Source of the DNA: the human T2T-CHM13v2.0 reference genome, Homo sapiens
Strand: one strand, 5' to 3'
Assembly (NCBI RefSeq): GCF_009914755.1
Contig: NC_060933.1
DNA length: 64,000 nucleotides
In this document: in pieces, positions 24,501 through 42,600 of the stretch
Position numbering within the stretch: the stretch's first letter is position 1
Layout of the letters: every line of letters starts with the position of its first letter
Notes under the pieces: model-generated
Databases searched by the model: none
Seen by the model: only the letters and a program-made list of their open reading frames with translations
Told to the model about the DNA's origin: nothing
Program-made: the position numbers and the translations under genes

Positions 24501-25019
24501 CTCATTTCACTGCCATTCTCTGAGCAGCTCAGGCAGCCATAAGCATGCTGAACTTGACTATAAAAGCAGGAGGTAAGTGCTAGAAGCCATTATGCCTGGG
24601 TTGGATTTGTTCTAACTTTAATTTCCCTAGTTTGACAAAATTTGAAGTTGGTCTTGTGTGAAGAGACCAATCAAAGTAAGCCCTGTTTTCCAGAAGAAAG
24701 CAGCCTGTGGGGCAGAGCCCATGGCCTCCATTGCTGGGCAGTCTTGACACTTGCAGGAGCACCCAGTGAGCTTCTACAAAGGAGCCTTTTCAGTGGGACC
24801 TCTCACTGCTCCTTTATTTTGTGCCTATAAAATCATGCCAGGAAATCCTGAGCCTGGGTGCCAGAATGATTAAAAACTTCCCAGCAAGGTGCGTGAAAAT
24901 CAGAGAAAGTACCTGTTGCTGTCACTGTCGCTCCGCTCCCTTGGCTTCTAGGCGGCTTGTCACTCCCATCTTTCCAAACACCCAACTGAGACTTTTTCTG
25001 TGTTCTGAGAAGCAGGTAA

Positions 25020-25310
<291 letters not shown>

Positions 25311-25443
25311 TAAGAGAGTAGGATTGGAGTAAAGAAGTTAACTGTTTCCTCCGCATTATTTTTATATTTACTGAGCATCTGCTACATTCCTAACATGATT
25401 CCAGGTCTTCCAAAACATGTTTAAAAGCATAGAATGCAAGTAA

Positions 25444-26381
<938 letters not shown>

Positions 26382-27312
26382 TTATCCACAATCCACATAA
26401 GTACACAGCTGAATTAATTATCACAGTTGGAATACACCCATGTAACCAAGGAAAAGGAACATTACTAGGACTACTTTTTATCCCAGCATTACTATTAAAG
26501 TATATATTTATATAAACTATATGCCTTTTTATAATCATGTATGATGTATTTATAACTACAAATTTTTAATGAACAGTGTATGTTTAGATCTGAAAACATG
26601 TACTTCATTTCTGTCATCTGCCTCTCCACCCTGTTTCTGTCTCTGAGATCTGCGGAGAGTCTGCACTCCTGTCCTTGTTGATGGAAAGTTGTGTGAAAAG
26701 AGTTTTTTTTAAGACAGGTGGTCCAGGGTGGGCTGTTTGAGCAAGCAGCTTTTTAAAGCAAACTCCCCCTGGGTAAGTGGGCAGGACACTTGGCCCTCGT
26801 ATGCAGGGGATGCTCTGAAATATGCTAATTCCAGAGGAAGGATCTAACCTCAGGACTAGATGCATCAGTGGCTCTGACCTGGGAGTAAGGCTGCCCCAAA
26901 TTAATACATGGAGTCTCATATTTAGAGCCTAAAGTGCTGTGGTTTCCAAATCCACTGTGCACCTTACCTCAGATTGTGACTCAGGTAGCTTAGTCTTTCT
27001 TTGGTTGCTAGTTGTTAATACTGTTTTCCTAGAAATTAAAACAGAATATTCTGAAATGGGCTTCACAGCTTTCTTTTTGCTACACACACAGTGCATTGTT
27101 TAAAAATGAAAGGGCCACAAGGCTTTTATCCCAGTTAGAAAGGTGCATCGTGAACATTTCAACTGGGGAATTTTAGTTCATCGATCATCAAGACTTTTTA
27201 TGTTTTTAGGAGGCTGATAATGTTTTCTTTGACTCTTAACAGTTTTCCTATATATGGTTCTTTATCCTGAGATTATATCCCCATTGATTTGGAAATCTGA
27301 CCTTTGAAAATT

Positions 27313-27767
<455 letters not shown>

Positions 27768-30227
27768 CTAGTCTTAGAGAAAATGTATGCCCCAACTTTT
27801 CATAGTAAGTACTTATTTGCCCCATGAAACTAATACTTAGATTGAGGCCTCGAATAGAGAACAACTATCTTTCAGATACATAAGATGAGTGAACTAGTAA
27901 CCATAAACATCAAAGTGAGGGCAGGGGAAAGGCCACTCCCCCTCATGTTTCAGGACTTCATCTCTCTGCTGCAGAACTCGTATTGGTTCTGGGAGAGCTT
28001 TTTCTATTGAAAGAGGGGACTGGAAGTCCCGAGCAGAAGGAAGGGCTGCTGTGAATAGAGGAACTGCCTTCCTGTCCAGGCATCAGGGCACTTTTTGCTT
28101 TAAGAGAGATTTTAAGTTGATGATTTGGATGGGTCTTTGAAAAATTCCAAAAGTATCTATCCTCCCTTCAGTAAAATTGCATTATAAAATTATCCTGCTG
28201 GAGGTCATCCGGGGAGAGGACAGGAGGAAGGTGGGATGGACTGAAGATGGCCTTGCTGCCCACCATGGTCAGTGGTCTACACCCTGCTGTCTCGCTAAAG
28301 TGTTAGATTTGGAGGGAGGCAGGCAGGGGATGAATGATGGGGAAGATGAGAGGTGGGCGTTTGAGTCGCACAGACCTTGTTCCAGTCCCAGCTCTAGCAC
28401 CCATCAGCTGGCTGAAGTTGGGACAAGTGGCATATTCTCTAAGTCTCAGTTTCCTCCCCTGTGATGTAAGGATCCCAGGCTTATTGGGAAGATTTAAGAA
28501 AACTGCTGTGAAGCACCTGGCATATAGTGGGCCCTCAATAAATCAGAAAGTTTATCATCATTGATTATTAGAAAATTTGTTTCTTCTGGAGAAGAAATTT
28601 ATGAAAATACGGCAACTGATAAAATCAAACCCCTCCTGCCATCAGGAGAGAGTTGCCTCTTTAAGCCAGAGTGACTGTTTTCTTCCTGTTTAATTTGGCT
28701 GTGACCCAGGTGTGTTGTTTGGGGGCTTTTTCTCTCTGTGTATATTTAACCGCCACCCCTCCCCTGTCCAGTTTATTTTCTGTATCATCATGACTTCCCA
28801 TTTTTCACTCACCTTCCACCAAGAAGTCTAAGCAATATTGATACAAGGTACTAGATAGCGCCCTGCATGTCTAGGAAGAAAGTGTAACTAGATCTGTGAT
28901 CAGTCTTAAATAATTCAACTGTAAGGGTTTTTTAGCACTTTTTTTTTTTCCAGTCTGTTATATTTATAACCCAACAGTCTCCATTATCATGGCTTGGAAT
29001 TTCACTCAGTGTTTTAACATGCGGAATGTTAACCCAAACACGAGCCTTAGCAAAAAAGTATCTTCTCAGTTGTGCAGCCTACCACTGTTAATGGCAAATA
29101 GGCACATGAGTGAATCACAAAATAACAGTTAACTGAGGGATTCAGCTGACAACTTTTCATACCCAGGATTTGATCTTTCCTGATTCAGATGGCAGAAGCT
29201 TGTGTTGTGATTACATAAACAATAAGAAGTCTGGATTTCATCCCTCTAACAACAGATTGACTTTCTGAAAGGGGAGAAAAGGCTTGTCGCTAGGCCACCA
29301 TTACTCCCGCTAGCACGCAGTTCATAGGCCAACACTCACCTTAAGAAGTACTCCCTTTAGAGGGTGCTCCCAGTTAGAGCACATTTCTTATGCCATTCTA
29401 TTCCATTCATTCAAGAAGACACTCACTGAGTGTCTATTCTAATACTTTAGAATGATTTCAGCAGTATCTTGGAAGTTTGGGAACCCGCATCAGGAATAGC
29501 TCAGGAGAGGATGTTTTGTCTTCCTGCCTGACAGGCATCACCAGCAATCAGAGTAGGGTGCCCTGTGCGTGACCTGACCCTTGTCTGTGTGGCCACCTGT
29601 GTGGTGCTGCCCTCTGGCAGCCTGAGCCCACTGGGCAGCAGTGTTGGCAACGTTGCAGAAGGCATCTGAACTCTAGGGCTGTCCTCACTGTTGACTTATT
29701 ATTTTATTAGATTTATGCAGCAGCCTGCCTCCAAAGAAGAAATTTGGTGTGTTTTTTCATTGGGAAGTAATTCCAGACTGCAGGAAAAAAGCATTTAAAA
29801 AAAAAAAAACAAACCTCCACTGAGCGAGAGAAAGGGAGACTCTGATGAGAGACGTAGGAGCCATCAGGCTGTAAATAAATAAAAAGCACCTGGCTGGGCG
29901 CCAGCATACACGTCTCTGTCTCTGCTATGACCCAATTCAGGGATTCTCCCTGAGAGGAGGTTTTGAGCCTCTGATTTTATAATTTGGGTTTCTATGAAGC
30001 TGGATGTCTTGCCTGTGTACTGATAAGTAATATAGTCTGTCATCTTTTGTCAGCTAGGTAGGGATTGGAGTTTTTGAGAATGGTTTTTCACTCCAAACAG
30101 CTCAGAGGACCTGGGAGGGGTGGAAGGTGCACCGAGTGGGCTCTTGGAGGTCTGCTCACACGGCTTCACAGTGACTTCACAGGGTCTGCAGGAGCTCTCC
30201 TGAGTGGACCCCAGAGCCCTCTGCTAG

Positions 30228-30647
<420 letters not shown>

Positions 30648-32903
30648 TAAGCCCCCTGGGGAGGGCCCTTGGGAACCCACACGCCAGCCAAAAAGCACTA
30701 GGGGCCTGTACTCTTGCTCTGAAAAGAAATTTGACCATGAGGTGAAGGCCCCTCCCTTGAAATTTGTGAACAACTCCCTCAAGGATTCCTGTACCTCTCC
30801 AGGGTAAGACTCATTTCGTTCAAGCCAGGCTTTGTTGAATTCATGGTGGACCTCAGCTGTGTTGCTGTTCCCTGGTATGAGAAATGCTGGTCATCAGAGC
30901 CCCTGTTCTCCTGCTGGGGCTAAAGGAAGGCACCAGCCCTGCCTTAACTACTGCTTTGTAGCCAAGAGGTGCCCCGGTGTGGAGCTTCTGTTAGGAAGTC
31001 CTCAATGAATGGTTTTCACCAGATTCTTTCCTCTTGGGATTATTCTGTGTTAGACCCGTTGTCCTTGAACAAACAACTCCCTGTGTCCCCTGCTCCCCTG
31101 CAGCCCCCCAGAGTGAGTATTCAGTTGCACAGGTCCTCCCGTGGGAAGATCCTGGATGATCAGGGATTTCGAAGCTGCTCTCATTGCCTCGTGTGCGTCT
31201 GCACTGGAAAAGGCCATTTTTAGGGAGTCGCTTTTAAGGGCAGAATTTCAGTGTGGTTGCCAAAACCCCAAGGGAAAAAAACCTTCACCACACCACAACA
31301 TCCCAATTTAAAAAATGTACACGGGATGACTACCAAGTCTCTTGTTCAAAGGAGGTGTCGATGCCTGAAAGGAGTTCTAAAACGCCTCTTGCCGCAGTAC
31401 TGGGCTCAGCATGAGCTGAAGGTTTGGGGGAGGGGAGATGATTTTGTCTAGGGGAATTGTTGAGATACTTGGATCTGAGTCTTGGCAAGATGACAGCATC
31501 TTTATCTTGAAAATAAACTATAGTATGTTCTTACTCACACCCTTCCCCTCCGTGCAAGATGCTGGAGCGCAGCAGCAGGAGTGAGAGGGTTGGCGTGCTG
31601 CTTCTCCTGTTTCACGGGAGACTGATGCCTTAGGTTTGCCCTCAGGAAACCCCAAGAATTAAAGTTAAGGAAAGCTTTGAAAGGACAGTTAGAGACCCAC
31701 TTAGGCTGGTATTCTCAGAGGTCTTAATGGATGCTGTTCTCTGCAGTGATGAACCAGCACACAGTACCACAGAGTTGGTAGAAGGTTTGGGTTGGCTGGG
31801 TATCTTGTGAATTGATTTATTTATTTGAAACCAGCTGTTTTCTTTACTAGTAGAAAAGTATATTCTGCCTTGGGGCGGCTCTCACACAAATCCCGATTGG
31901 CTGGTTAGTCAGTCCTAAAAAAGGTTAATGCCAGGTCAGTTATTAAATCTCCATAAGAGCCCATTACCTTCTTCCAGGTCCCTGGCCATGAGCCTGTCTC
32001 CGACCCTGAAGGGCAGGCTGTTGCTGATGAGGCCCAAGGCAGGAGGAGGAAGGGAGCAGGCCGCTCCTGGGAGAAAGTCCAATGAGAGCAGATCCCTTGG
32101 CCACCTTTGTATGGAAAGAGCCTTGACCTCACCATTAAAAGTGAATAGAATGGTGGGAAGGCAGAGTTTTAGATACTTTTTCTTGCTTTGGGGTTGATTC
32201 TTGCCCCCAGGTGCTGCCCCTTCTCCCAGAAACCACTGATCCGTTTCCCTCACCTAGTCACCTCCAGACCCCAGAAGCTCTCCCCAACCCAGCCGAGTTC
32301 CTCTGCAAACAATTCAAGGGGCTCTGATAGGTCACACAGTGCCACCTTGTGTGCTGGACCATATCTGGAGGTAGAACTGAGTGAGGGGGCACAGGGGATT
32401 GTCTCCAGGTGGGGCGAGCAGGGGAAGGAAAATAGTGGCCACTTTTACATTGGTTTGGGTAGTAATTATTGATTCAGGAAGCAAATACAAAATCCTGAAT
32501 GAAATGACTTGGAAAAAGTAAATAGAATCAAGATCCCAAGAGGAGCTGAAGATAAATAAATGGGAGCAGGATGTGGGGGAATGGTCGGTAAGTGAGAAAT
32601 GCTAAAATGATAGAATAAAGCTTAAGGATTGTTGGAGGTAGAGCAGGAACTGTGTACTGCATAGTTCCCAAATGCCCTGGTGTTCCAATGGGGGATGGAA
32701 ACTAAAACACTGGCCAGGTTGGATTTCATACTGTAGTCCTGCCATTTTTCTTCCTAGAGCAGAGATAAAAGTTGGCCCTGGGCGATAGCTCATTCTCTCT
32801 GAAAGGCTGCTAGTTAGGCCCAGCCTGTCACCCTGGATCATGAGTGTCGTGTGTATTGGGACTTACGGCAGGGGGCTGAGGCTTGCAGATGGGCAAGTGG
32901 TGA

Positions 32904-33792
<889 letters not shown>

Positions 33793-34218
33793 TATATATT
33801 TTTTTTTAGGTTTTAGTTAGACTTAGAACACTGTGTCATTTCTTACCAAAGAAATTACTGTCTTGATTTCCTCTCAGGATTTGAGAAGCCCAAAATAATA
33901 ATGGTCTTACTAGGCCTTGGTTTAAAAAATCTAAGCCAGCAGACTCAAAAAAAAAAAAAAAGGCATAGAAACTTCACAAAACATCTTGCATTTGTTTAAC
34001 ACTCTGCTTCTTCAGATGGCAGAATATGTGTCTTCCATTTTGTTCTTGCAGTAAACTGACAAGGCACAGAATTTAGGTATCATTACAATTGTACCCGTGA
34101 AGAAACAGAAACTCCAAGGAACTAAGTGTTAGCAGTTAGCAGTAGAACCAGGCCTAGAATCCAGCCATCTTGCTTCTCTGGCCCCCAAAAAGAAGAGGAA
34201 GCAAATGGATGGAAAAAC

Positions 34219-34249
<31 letters not shown>

Positions 34250-34598
34250 GGTTTTCCTAATGAATGGATCTATGTGGTCCAGTACAGCTGAGAGGCCAAG
34301 CCAGAGACCCTCTGCCTACAGCTGGGGCCGAGGAGGGAGGAAGAACCCTAAAATACCAAGAAGATAACTCATAAAAAGTAAAGGATTTTTTCTGCCTTCT
34401 GGGGGATCTGAGTAGCTCCAGAGGACAAACTCAGAATAAAGGGGCTTCTGTGTGTACCTTTCCTGCCTTCCTGTAGGTGGTGGAGGCACGGAGGGCTTCC
34501 CACAAGAAGCACAGAGGAGGGCAGACACTTAGCATGGGGACCACCTTTGTCTTTCGAGTGGATGCGTGCTTTAACTTCACTCTTATTCTGCTTTTCAG

Positions 34599-34623
34599 GG
34601 TTCAGCTTTGGGTCAAATAACTC
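34599..34623 (+). CDS. NUP214: NUP214 exon 35, 25-nt microexon: GFSFGSNNS
   Basis: CTTTTCAG| acceptor, CTC|GTAAGT donor; phase 1 to 2; required to join exon 34 to the known C-terminus in frame. Confidence 0.92.
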
Positions 34624-35043
34624 GTAAGTATCCCCCTTTTTGAGTCTCACCTTAATTAAAAGCATTAAATAAGGTTGGAAGTGTGTGGATCTTGCTGGAT
34701 TTGTGCATTTTCTTTTCGTTTTTTCCTGTTTTTAGAGTTTGTCTTGGAAGTGTGGGGGTTCAGCAGCAGGGTTTGGGTTTTGTGGACTTGCTCTTCTCTG
34801 TAGCAATATGGCAGGAGGTGCCAGGCCTCGCCTTCTTAAGAGGCGTGGTTCAAAGAGAAAAGAGCACGCCTGCCAGTGAGCTGGGCCTGAGGGCAGCGCT
34901 GAGGAGATGCTGCTCCTGACTTCCCTGGAGGTTTCTCAGAAGCTGCATGCTAACCCCTGGGCTCTGGGCCATCACCAGGTCTCATGTGTTGATCCACCCT
35001 CTGTGCTTCTGTGTAAAATTTCATGGCGTTAAAATTCAGTCTT

Positions 35044-35809
<766 letters not shown>

Positions 35810-35996
35810 TCAGCAGGCCTTTCGATCCCTGGGACCAACCGCATCCTCAGCTTCTTCCCCGAGAAATGCTGGAGCAGGCTGTTCAGACCGACGTTGCCAT
35901 CAAAACACATACACCCAGAAAGAAACAACAGAAACCAAAACTCACAAGGCGCATGATTACTTGTTTTATATTTCATGTTGGGTTTTCCCTCCCACT

Positions 35997-36002
35997 ATTA
36001 AA
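35997..36002 (+). terminator. NUP214 proximal poly(A) signal ATTAAA
   Basis: ATTAAA with a U-rich upstream region and a GU/U-rich downstream element (GTATGTGGGTTTTTT at ~36024-36038). Confidence 0.75.
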
Positions 36003-36954
36003 CAGTCTGTTTCCGTACAGAACGTATGTGGGTTTTTTCAGATCACAGCCAAGAAGATTGCCCCGTTTCTGTGGCTCTGAGAAGCCAGCAGAGCCTCCAT
36101 CAGCCAGAACACTGTGTCTTCAAGGATGGCATCAGAAGTCACCAGCGTCGGGTGTTGATAAACAGCATCGAATGTGCCGTGGTCTCACTTGGACCTAGCG
36201 CCCTCCACATAGGGAAGAGGTTGAATGCTGGTGGGTCATCTTTTTGAGGCTGAAACTTGGTTATCTCCTCTCCTTGTTCTTTTAGCCATTGTGTATCAGG
36301 ACCATCCAAGGACGCACTCTGCGATTGAGTGGAGGCAGAGGAAGCCACTCATGCCAGCAGCAGTTGAGTTTCAGAAGCAGCCATAGCGCTTTTCAGTACA
36401 GTACAATAGTAGCCAGCGTGAGGCAGGACAGTGCTGCGCCTTAGCCGGCCTTGGCTCTCATCTCCATGTGGCTCTTGGGTGCCATGTGTCCTACTCCAGA
36501 GAGGAGGGGGCCGGTCACTTGAGAAGACAGCCTTTATATTCTGTATGTGGCAGTGACATTGGTAGCCACACCTACCCAGTGTCTACTAACCACAGTGCAG
36601 ATAGCCCTTGGGTAGACCCAGGAAGTGTGAAGACAGACACTGCTGTTGCCAGACAACACTAGCAGAACGATGCTGGATTTGACAACAGTGTTTGCTAGGA
36701 CGGCCCAGAGCTCATCACTGCAGTTTTATTAGAGTGCTTCTTTATCTTTAATGCAGTATCTTTGAGGCCTGTAACATCCTAGATAGTTGCCATCAAACAA
36801 GGACCGTCTCGCATTGAAAACAGATGTAAGAATTTCTCTTTCAGGCCCAGAATCTGACAGTGCTTTGGCTTGGGTCATGAGCAGCGGGGAGTTGGGAAGA
36901 GATTTTTTTTTTTAGAGTTTTACATATTGGCAGGTTGTATTTTTTTAATGTTTT

Positions 36955-36960
36955 AATAAA
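36955..36960 (+). terminator. NUP214 distal poly(A) signal AATAAA
   Basis: Canonical hexamer preceded by TGTA and U-rich sequence (GTTGTATTTTTTTAATGTTTT). Confidence 0.8.
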
Positions 36961-37059
36961 AGTTTGACATGACATTAATTCATCATGTTGCAGACAGTGT
37001 GACCTCCTTGGTTCTGATGGCTTATGTGGGGACAGTAGACCATGGTGAGGTCTCCACTG

Positions 37060-37230
37060 TGTCACCACCTGGTCTGAAGGTCCCCATCTCGCCTGTGCCC
37101 CAGGGTCACCTGCAGAGTTCTTTGTCAAGTGCACATTCCCAGCCTCCATCCTGGGGACTCTGGCTCCAGAGGACTCCGATAGAGGCTGGACGCCCACCTG
37201 GCTTTGTGTTTGGTGATTTCTTAAGCTCAC
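37060..37230. mobile_element. MER5-like DNA transposon relic
   Basis: CACCTGCAGAGTTCTTTG...CACATTCCCAGCCTCCATCC...GGTGATTTCTTAAG pattern. Confidence 0.4.
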
Positions 37231-39380
37231 GAGAAGAGGAATCTCATTGTATAGCACTGTTGGGTTTCAGAAATCCCTCCCTCAACCAGATGCCAGCAGA
37301 GCCAAGAGCTGGAATTAGATCCGTGGTGTCTCTGGATGACTGTCACCCTGCGCTCTGTGCAGTTAGGAGAGGGAGGGGCTGTCTGTACGGTCCGTTATCT
37401 AGGGGCTCTGCCTCTCGCAAAGAGCTGGGGTCTCCATAAATTTAATGTGTGCTCTTTTTGGTCCTTGAGAATTGAAGAGCCTGTCACCTCCACCCTGTGT
37501 TCACAGGTGAAGTGGGGGGACAGTCCCCATGACATTCACAACCAGTCACAGGGCATCTTTCTCCCACGTGGGCTCGTGCTAGTCTAGAGACAAAGGGACT
37601 CAAGCTCTGACAGGAGAGGCTCGTGGCGGAGGGCTTAGCTTTAAAGGGAGAGATGTACCTGAAGCTCTGCAGGCTCCGTTCTGCCCTTGGCTGTCATCCT
37701 GCCGACTGGCACCCAGGCCGAGCCAGTCTTCTCCTACCCTTTTGCTTCCCCCTGGACACTCCTTTTTATAAATAGAAATGGTTCGGCCTAAACCCTTGAC
37801 CTCAAATTCTCTGCGTTGATCCTCCATTGAGGTGGCATGTGACATCTCTCCATAAGGCACTATCAGCTGTGCTCAGGCAGATAACACCCCCACTCCCTGT
37901 CAGGCAGCAGCCCCGGAGGAATGTACTACTGGCATGTGAGCCCCTCCAAGTTCCTTTTTTGGGGGTGATTACAGCGGTAGATGGCAGGGGTCAGCTCAGC
38001 CTGCATCCCCTGACGCCTGAACTGTCAGGATATCCGGCTGGAATGCACAGTCGCTCCCACCTGCCCAGGGAGGAGATGGCGGGGCTTGAGCCATCTCCAA
38101 ATCGGGGCAGGCAAAGAGCCTGGATGACAAGAAGGGGCCCCAGGGATGCCCACGCAGCCCTTCTGGGGCATGTGCTGCAGCGGCAGGCACAGGAGGTTTC
38201 ATTTATGTTTCTGCTCCGCGTAACTCAGGAAAGGGGGCGCAGACTGAGCTAGGCTGTGTTTTGCTTGGCTTTTCCAGACACACATATCACACTGGTAATT
38301 GGTGCTTCAGATGGCAACATAGGGATAGAGGCCAAATTGAGCTCCTCAGGGACAGGTAGAACCCCAGTTACACGACACCCACAATCCCGGCCTCTCGTTT
38401 GGGCAAAAGTATGAGTCCTGTGGCACGGTGATGTGGCTGAGCCGGTGGTCCCCTCCACATGGCCCTGCCCACCTGTGAGTGTCCTGGTGCCTGCTTTCAG
38501 CTTTGCGTTCTCTGTGGCAGCCTCCAGAGAGGCTTCTAGGTCAGGTCTCTGGCATTACAGAGAAGGAGTGGACTGTGCAGGCTGCCCTCACTCTTACCCC
38601 CACCAGCTCTGTAACCAGAACGAGGCACTTGGCCTCTGTGTCTTGAGAGTTTTTCCCCTCAGTTGTAAAGTAGAATTCGAATACCTGTCTGGCAGGGTGG
38701 CGGTTCGGACTAAATGAGGTGCACCTGGCCCAAAGCTGCTTCCCAGTCTTGGCGATGCTGTTACGCTCACCCGCAGGCTCTGGCCTGACATCTGGGTTAA
38801 ATGATCCCAAGTTGGTTCCCACTTTGACCTCATCTGGTCTGTGGGGTGGGGACATCTCCTGCCTGGCCTTCAGGCCCCTTATCAAACACAGGACCCTGCT
38901 GCTGGGGAATGGTGCGGCTCTAGTGCGGCGCTCAGGCTTTCGCTGGAGATTTTTCATCAGGGCTAGGCTAGGCCCTTGAATCTGTGTTTTTCCTAAAGTG
39001 GGTGATTCTTGTACAGATGGTCCATGAACCCCATGGGCCTTCTGCTTTAATCTAAGGACAGTAGCCATAAATACCCACCCAGGGGGCATCTGAAAAACAG
39101 AACCCAGCTCCCATGAACATGTTTATTTTGCAGTTAATCCAGGCTAAGGGATTTTATCTGAAATTGTTGATAAGAAACACAAGTGTAAATTTAAGCCGCT
39201 CTGGCACCTGCTCAAAAAAGAAAAACTCTAAAAGCACAAGTGGGCCAAGTCACCTCCTTGCCACTCAAAACACTTTGAACCCTCCTCTGTGAGTCCCTGT
39301 AACAGAGGAGGAAAGACCTTCCTTGCCCTCATCCTGCCTTGCAGCAGCTCACCCCACTTGGCTTCTGGACTGCCACTTAG

Positions 39381-39688
<308 letters not shown>

Positions 39689-42600
39689 CATTTGTAATTT
39701 CTCTTAGAAGACCTGTCCAGTACTTCTCGGCATTTGATTTTCAGCCAACAAAACTGGCCCAGTTTCATGCCAGAGATGGGGCTTCTTGCCTGAACTTCCT
39801 CTGAGGAAGTCCGTGGAGCACCCTGGCTGGAAGGCAGGGATAGTGGATCTCCCAGCCTGGGCTGCCAGCTGGTCGGATTCCTGCGTGTGCACCCCCATTG
39901 CTCTGTCTCAACATCACTCTCTACTTTCCTCCTGGGGAAAGGAGGAGGAGCAATTGGATGGAGGGTGTATCAACCCCCAAACTTCTGCCGTTTTCAAAAT
40001 GTCTCCTATGGGAAGTTAGTATTCTATAAAAAAAAAAAAAGGTGGGGGGGGCTCTATGGCCATATAAGTTTAGGAAGAGTGGATGGAACAAAATTTAACA
40101 TCTTTTTATTATAAAAAAGACCTTTTTGAGCCTTTAATATGCAAATATGTTTTGTAAATCAACAAGAGGAAACAGTCCGCCATTTCCCAAATACGTTTGC
40201 TCGGAACCTTTCTCCTTGGAGTTGGGGTCCTTGGCACTCAGGCTGGGAACCGCTGCCTCGTTGATGTTGCTATACGGAAGCACAGCTCACTTCCTGCTGG
40301 TTGTGTTTCTAACACACATTCCTTTTTAAAAATTGCTTTGTAATAGTAACAACTCACTGGATGGCTACAGCATGCCAGCACTGACTATGCTAAGCCCTTC
40401 ACTGACATTTTCACATTTCACCCTGTGAGCCACGTACTACAACCCACAGCTTTCAGATGAGAAAATGAGGCTGAGCCAGGAAGCGGTTTGCCCAAGTCTC
40501 ACAAGAGAATGAGGGGCGGAGCCAGCACTGGGGCCCGGGCAGTGTCTCCCTCCCGCTCCTGCCAGGCCCTGGCTGGCTACCATTGGATCTCCTGATTCTT
40601 CTCCAAGATACCTGTTCATTTCCAAAGAAATCTTGCCGGCTGGTGCCAGCAACACTGCTGAACCCCTTACCGACCAGCAGACCACCCTGTGAAAACAAGC
40701 CGGCCTTGACATCAGTCACAGCAAATAACCCTGACACCACGCAGTTACCTGTCCCCTCTGCTGCCTCTCACCTGTTTGTATCTGTGATCACGATCTGTCT
40801 ACAACGGCAGCCCGGCGGGGGCTGGGCAGAGGCCGGGCCTGTCTAGCTTATGTTGGCGTGAACCGCACATGGACAGGGGTTTGCGGGTCCTGACGAGGAC
40901 TCCAGGGTGGGAGCAGCTGGCTCCATACCCTTCAGCTGTGTCATCTGCCCTTCCTCTGCCGTCTCCTCTGGGGTCTGGCTTTGAGGCTTGCCAGAGTCCC
41001 ACCAGAGGTCAGGCCACAGGCCCACTGAGGTGGCAGTTGCTGCATTGTTATAAATAGAAGCCCATCCATACCGCAGCCCCGGCCGGCCGGAGATTCTCTG
41101 CATTGTTTTCAGACCTAGATTGCCAGCTGCAGAGGCCACAGGCAGGGGTGGGGGGAGCGAGTGGGCTGTGGATGGAAGGCGGGAGCCCCAGCATATGAGA
41201 CAAGAGCCGAGCCCGGTCCTGGCTAGAGGCGACCTCTCCTTGCTGGCGTCCTGGCCCGTGAGGGTACAGAAGCAGCTTTGCTTTGTGGCCCATCGGATGT
41301 TGGCTTTCTCGACCTCACCTAGTGCCTTTCCATCTGGAAGCCTAGAAGGGGGCTTGGCTGCCATGCAGCCCTCACAGTGCCTGCAGGCCCTCCTGTCTGG
41401 CCCTCCTCCCCCTCCTGCCCCCTTCCGCATCTAACTCTCCCTGCGGTTCTCCAGGCCCCTCTGCACTTTCTCTGCTTCTCAAATGGCCCATTCTCCTCGT
41501 CGCCACAGGACCGCTCCATCCTCTGTCCCTTCCTGCTCATCCTGCAGGTCTCCATTTAAGCGCCACCTCCCCACGGCAGAGCCTTCCTGGTGGGCTGACC
41601 TGCTCACAGGCACTGGCTCCCTTTGTGTGCTCCTGCCCTGCCGCACTGCTATTTTGAGGCCTCCGTCGCAATTGAAATTTCTCGTGTAGTCGGTGGTTTC
41701 ATTCATTTATCTAGTCCGTCCCAGCAACGGGCAGCTCTGTGAGGGCAGTGCCAGGACAGAGCAAGAGTCAGGAACTGTTGATAAATGACTCCCAGCACGA
41801 CTTCCTAGAAAGAAGCCAAGACTTGTTCAAAAGCCAGACCCCCACCTGAGATGACAAGAGATAGCAGGTATTCAGACAGTTCAAGGGCACAGGGCCAGCT
41901 AATGGCACCAGAGGCACACAGCAAGGCCAGGGCTCCCCCACCCTGCCCAGGGGTCCTCTGGGTCTCATCCCAGGAACGCACTAGGGCAGGGCAGCCAGGT
42001 GAGTGGTGAAGAGTGCAGACTGGGTGCAGGAGGCCCTGGGGAGGAGGCCTTCCTCTGAGACACCAGCTGGAGCAAGCCGTCCCATCTGCCCCCCGTGAAA
42101 ATGAGGCAGGTGCCGTGTGCCTCACAGGGCAGGGCTTGCACGGGGCTCAGGGCAGCGCCTGGCAGAGTCACTGGGGTGCTCACGGTGGCTTCCCTGCCTT
42201 CTCAGGGAGAGACCCAGGCCCCAGCAGACGGACCCCAGTGCCCCACGAAGTCTTCCCTGATCCCACAGCTGACCGGCAGCACTCACTTCAGGAATGGGGC
42301 TCGGGGACCCGCAAAGGTCCAGCCTGGGTGACAGAGTGAGACTCTGCCAAAAAAAAAAAAAAAAAATCAAGACAGTAGACATCAGACAAGGAAGGACAGT
42401 GATCCCCAAGATTCAAGAAACTAATGAATGAGCCATATGATTGCCCCAGTTACCGCCTGGAGAGTGTGTCCAGATCACAGTGCATGGAAGGAGAGCCCAA
42501 GAGGAGCCCGACAGTCTCCCGGAGTTTACAAAGCAGAGGACTGGGGAGGAGAGGGCCTCACACAGAGAGAACTCTGGACCCTTGCGGAGGGTCCTCTCGA

